Positions 31,089 through 32,000 of a DNA stretch of 32,000 nt are shown here, one piece after another. The stretch comes from an uncultured bacterium (GTDB lineage: Bacteria > Margulisbacteria > WOR-1 > CAVSGV01), in NCBI GenBank assembly GCA_963699255.1, contig OY969425.1, positions 540,001-572,000 on the forward strand, read 5' to 3'. The stretch's first letter is position 1. The number at the start of each line of letters is the position of its first letter. Under the pieces are notes generated by a model that did no database searches, was not told the DNA's origin, and saw only the letters and a program-made list of their open reading frames with translations. Made by a program: the position numbers and the translations under genes.

Positions 31089-32000
31089 CGCCGGCAGACG
31101 GATTTACTAATTTTGGATCCGCAGTGATATTGCCGGTCATTCCGATGTAGCCGTCAGGAATGCAGGTGTAAGTTACATTTGATGAACCTCCGTTGTCGTA
31201 GATGTTCCCTCCGGTATTTCCATAAACGATCGAATTCAAAATTATCGGAGAGGATGATTCGTTATATATACCACCGCCGCTGCCTGCAATGTTTGAAGTA
31301 AAAGTGCAACCTTCAATGGTCGGAGTGCCATTGTAATCATATATCGCTCCGCCGTTGCTGCCGCCTGCGTTATTTGAAATAAAGGCGCAATTAAAGATAA
31401 ACGGTGAAGGCAAACCATAATTATCATTGTATATAGCGCCGCCGCCGTTCGTGCTTGCGCTATTTGAAATAAAGGCACAGTTTTTGATGATCGGGGTGGC
31501 ACCACTGATCCAGATAGCGCCGCCGACATTGAGCGCCCTATTTGCAATGAAATTGCAATTTGATATGGTTGGCGAAGAGTTATTGTAAAGTATAAGACCA
31601 CCGCCACCGGGGAGAAGGTGTCCATTGTAATATCCATCTCGTATGGTGAAACTTTCAATTGTGGTAGCAGAACCAAGCGAGTTCCCGATCATGCACCGGA
31701 CCTGGCCCTCTCCGGATATTATGGTAAGCGCGGGATCGTTAACTTGATTCCAGCCGTCATCATAGCCGCCCCTCAAATATATGCCGTCATAGAGAGTGAT
31801 GGTTTGTGGTCCGGTCCCCGGTCCACTGTCACTGCTGTACAGATAATATGTCCCCTGCCTCACATGTATCTCATCGCCGTAGCTCATGCCCACATTGTTC
31901 TCGGCCGCGTTGATGGTCTTGAACGGATGCTCCGCAGAACCGTCCGCGCCAGCCTCGGGAGAGGCAGCGTCTACATACCAATAGGCTGAAGCACGGGAAA
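30922..32000 (-). CDS. S1, upstream fragment (beta-helix module 1); open to the right edge of the window
   Basis: The track lists 30922-31893. The same frame stays open to position 32000 (..AYWYVDAASPEAGADGSAEHPFKTINAAENNVGMSYGDEIHV..), so the gene starts outside the window. Homology to the other S1 modules ends at ..PCVNTGTGEASD (about 31035) and resumes in the frame of 30015-31088. Confidence 0.7.
   Translation of the reverse strand, partial: SRASAYWYVDAASPEAGADGSAEHPFKTINAAENNVGMSYGDEIHVRQGTYYLYSSDSGPGTGPQTITLYDGIYLRGGYDDGWNQVNDPALTIISGEGQVRCMIGNSLGSATTIESFTIRDGYYNGHLLPGGGGLILYNNSSPTISNCNFIANRALNVGGAIWISGATPIIKNCAFISNSASTNGGGAIYNDNYGLPSPFIFNCAFISNNAGGSNGGAIYDYNGTPTIEGCTFTSNIAGSGGGIYNESSSPIILNSIVYGNTGGNIYDNGGSSNVTYTCIPDGYIGMTGNITADPKLVNPSAGDVHLPNNSPCVNTGTGEASDTWSWMAARLRDQPGQVPRRRWDSEHGIPLLWLHQL

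Noticed and set aside
12105-32000. A diversity-generating retroelement or other targeted hypervariation acting on the paralogous C-terminal domains.
   Set aside because: There is no reverse transcriptase gene in the window and no near-identical template/variable repeat pair. Differences between the CTD-A copies are spread over all bases rather than concentrated at adenines.

Overview
The window has two parts, and almost every gene is on the minus strand. Positions 1-12,100 hold ordinary housekeeping genes: prs (partial), a small FGE/SUMF1-like protein, a 404-aa tandem-repeat protein, tRNA-Ala(CGC), pgk, gap, an LptA/OstA-like gene on the plus strand, DUF3006, rodA, trpE, a half-size TSUP/TauE permease, ispD, an M24 aminopeptidase and aroQ. 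Positions 12,105-32,000 hold seven tightly packed co-directional genes, called S1-S7 here in order of transcription. They encode large secreted modular proteins that reuse a small set of modules in different combinations. The modules are a Pmp-like beta-helix, FN3-like domains, Big_5-type Ig domains, a shared N-terminal domain I could not name, dockerin-like EF-hand pairs, cohesin-like modules, and two kinds of C-terminal domain. One C-terminal domain is T9SS/FlgD-Ig-like. The other is a ~100-aa domain I could not name, written CTD-A below. A two-gene unit, a dockerin-ended protein followed 8-16 nt later by a cohesin-led protein, occurs twice in tandem. I read this as a candidate non-cellulosomal cohesin-dockerin cell-surface assembly system. 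Four reading-frame breaks split S1 (twice), S4 and S5. I cannot tell from sequence alone whether these are real or assembly errors. A structured ~73-nt repeat occurs in three intergenic junctions, and there are several families of small hairpins and motifs. I saw no CRISPR array, rRNA, transposase, integrase or phage gene. All domain names come from motif recognition by eye, because no database search was possible.
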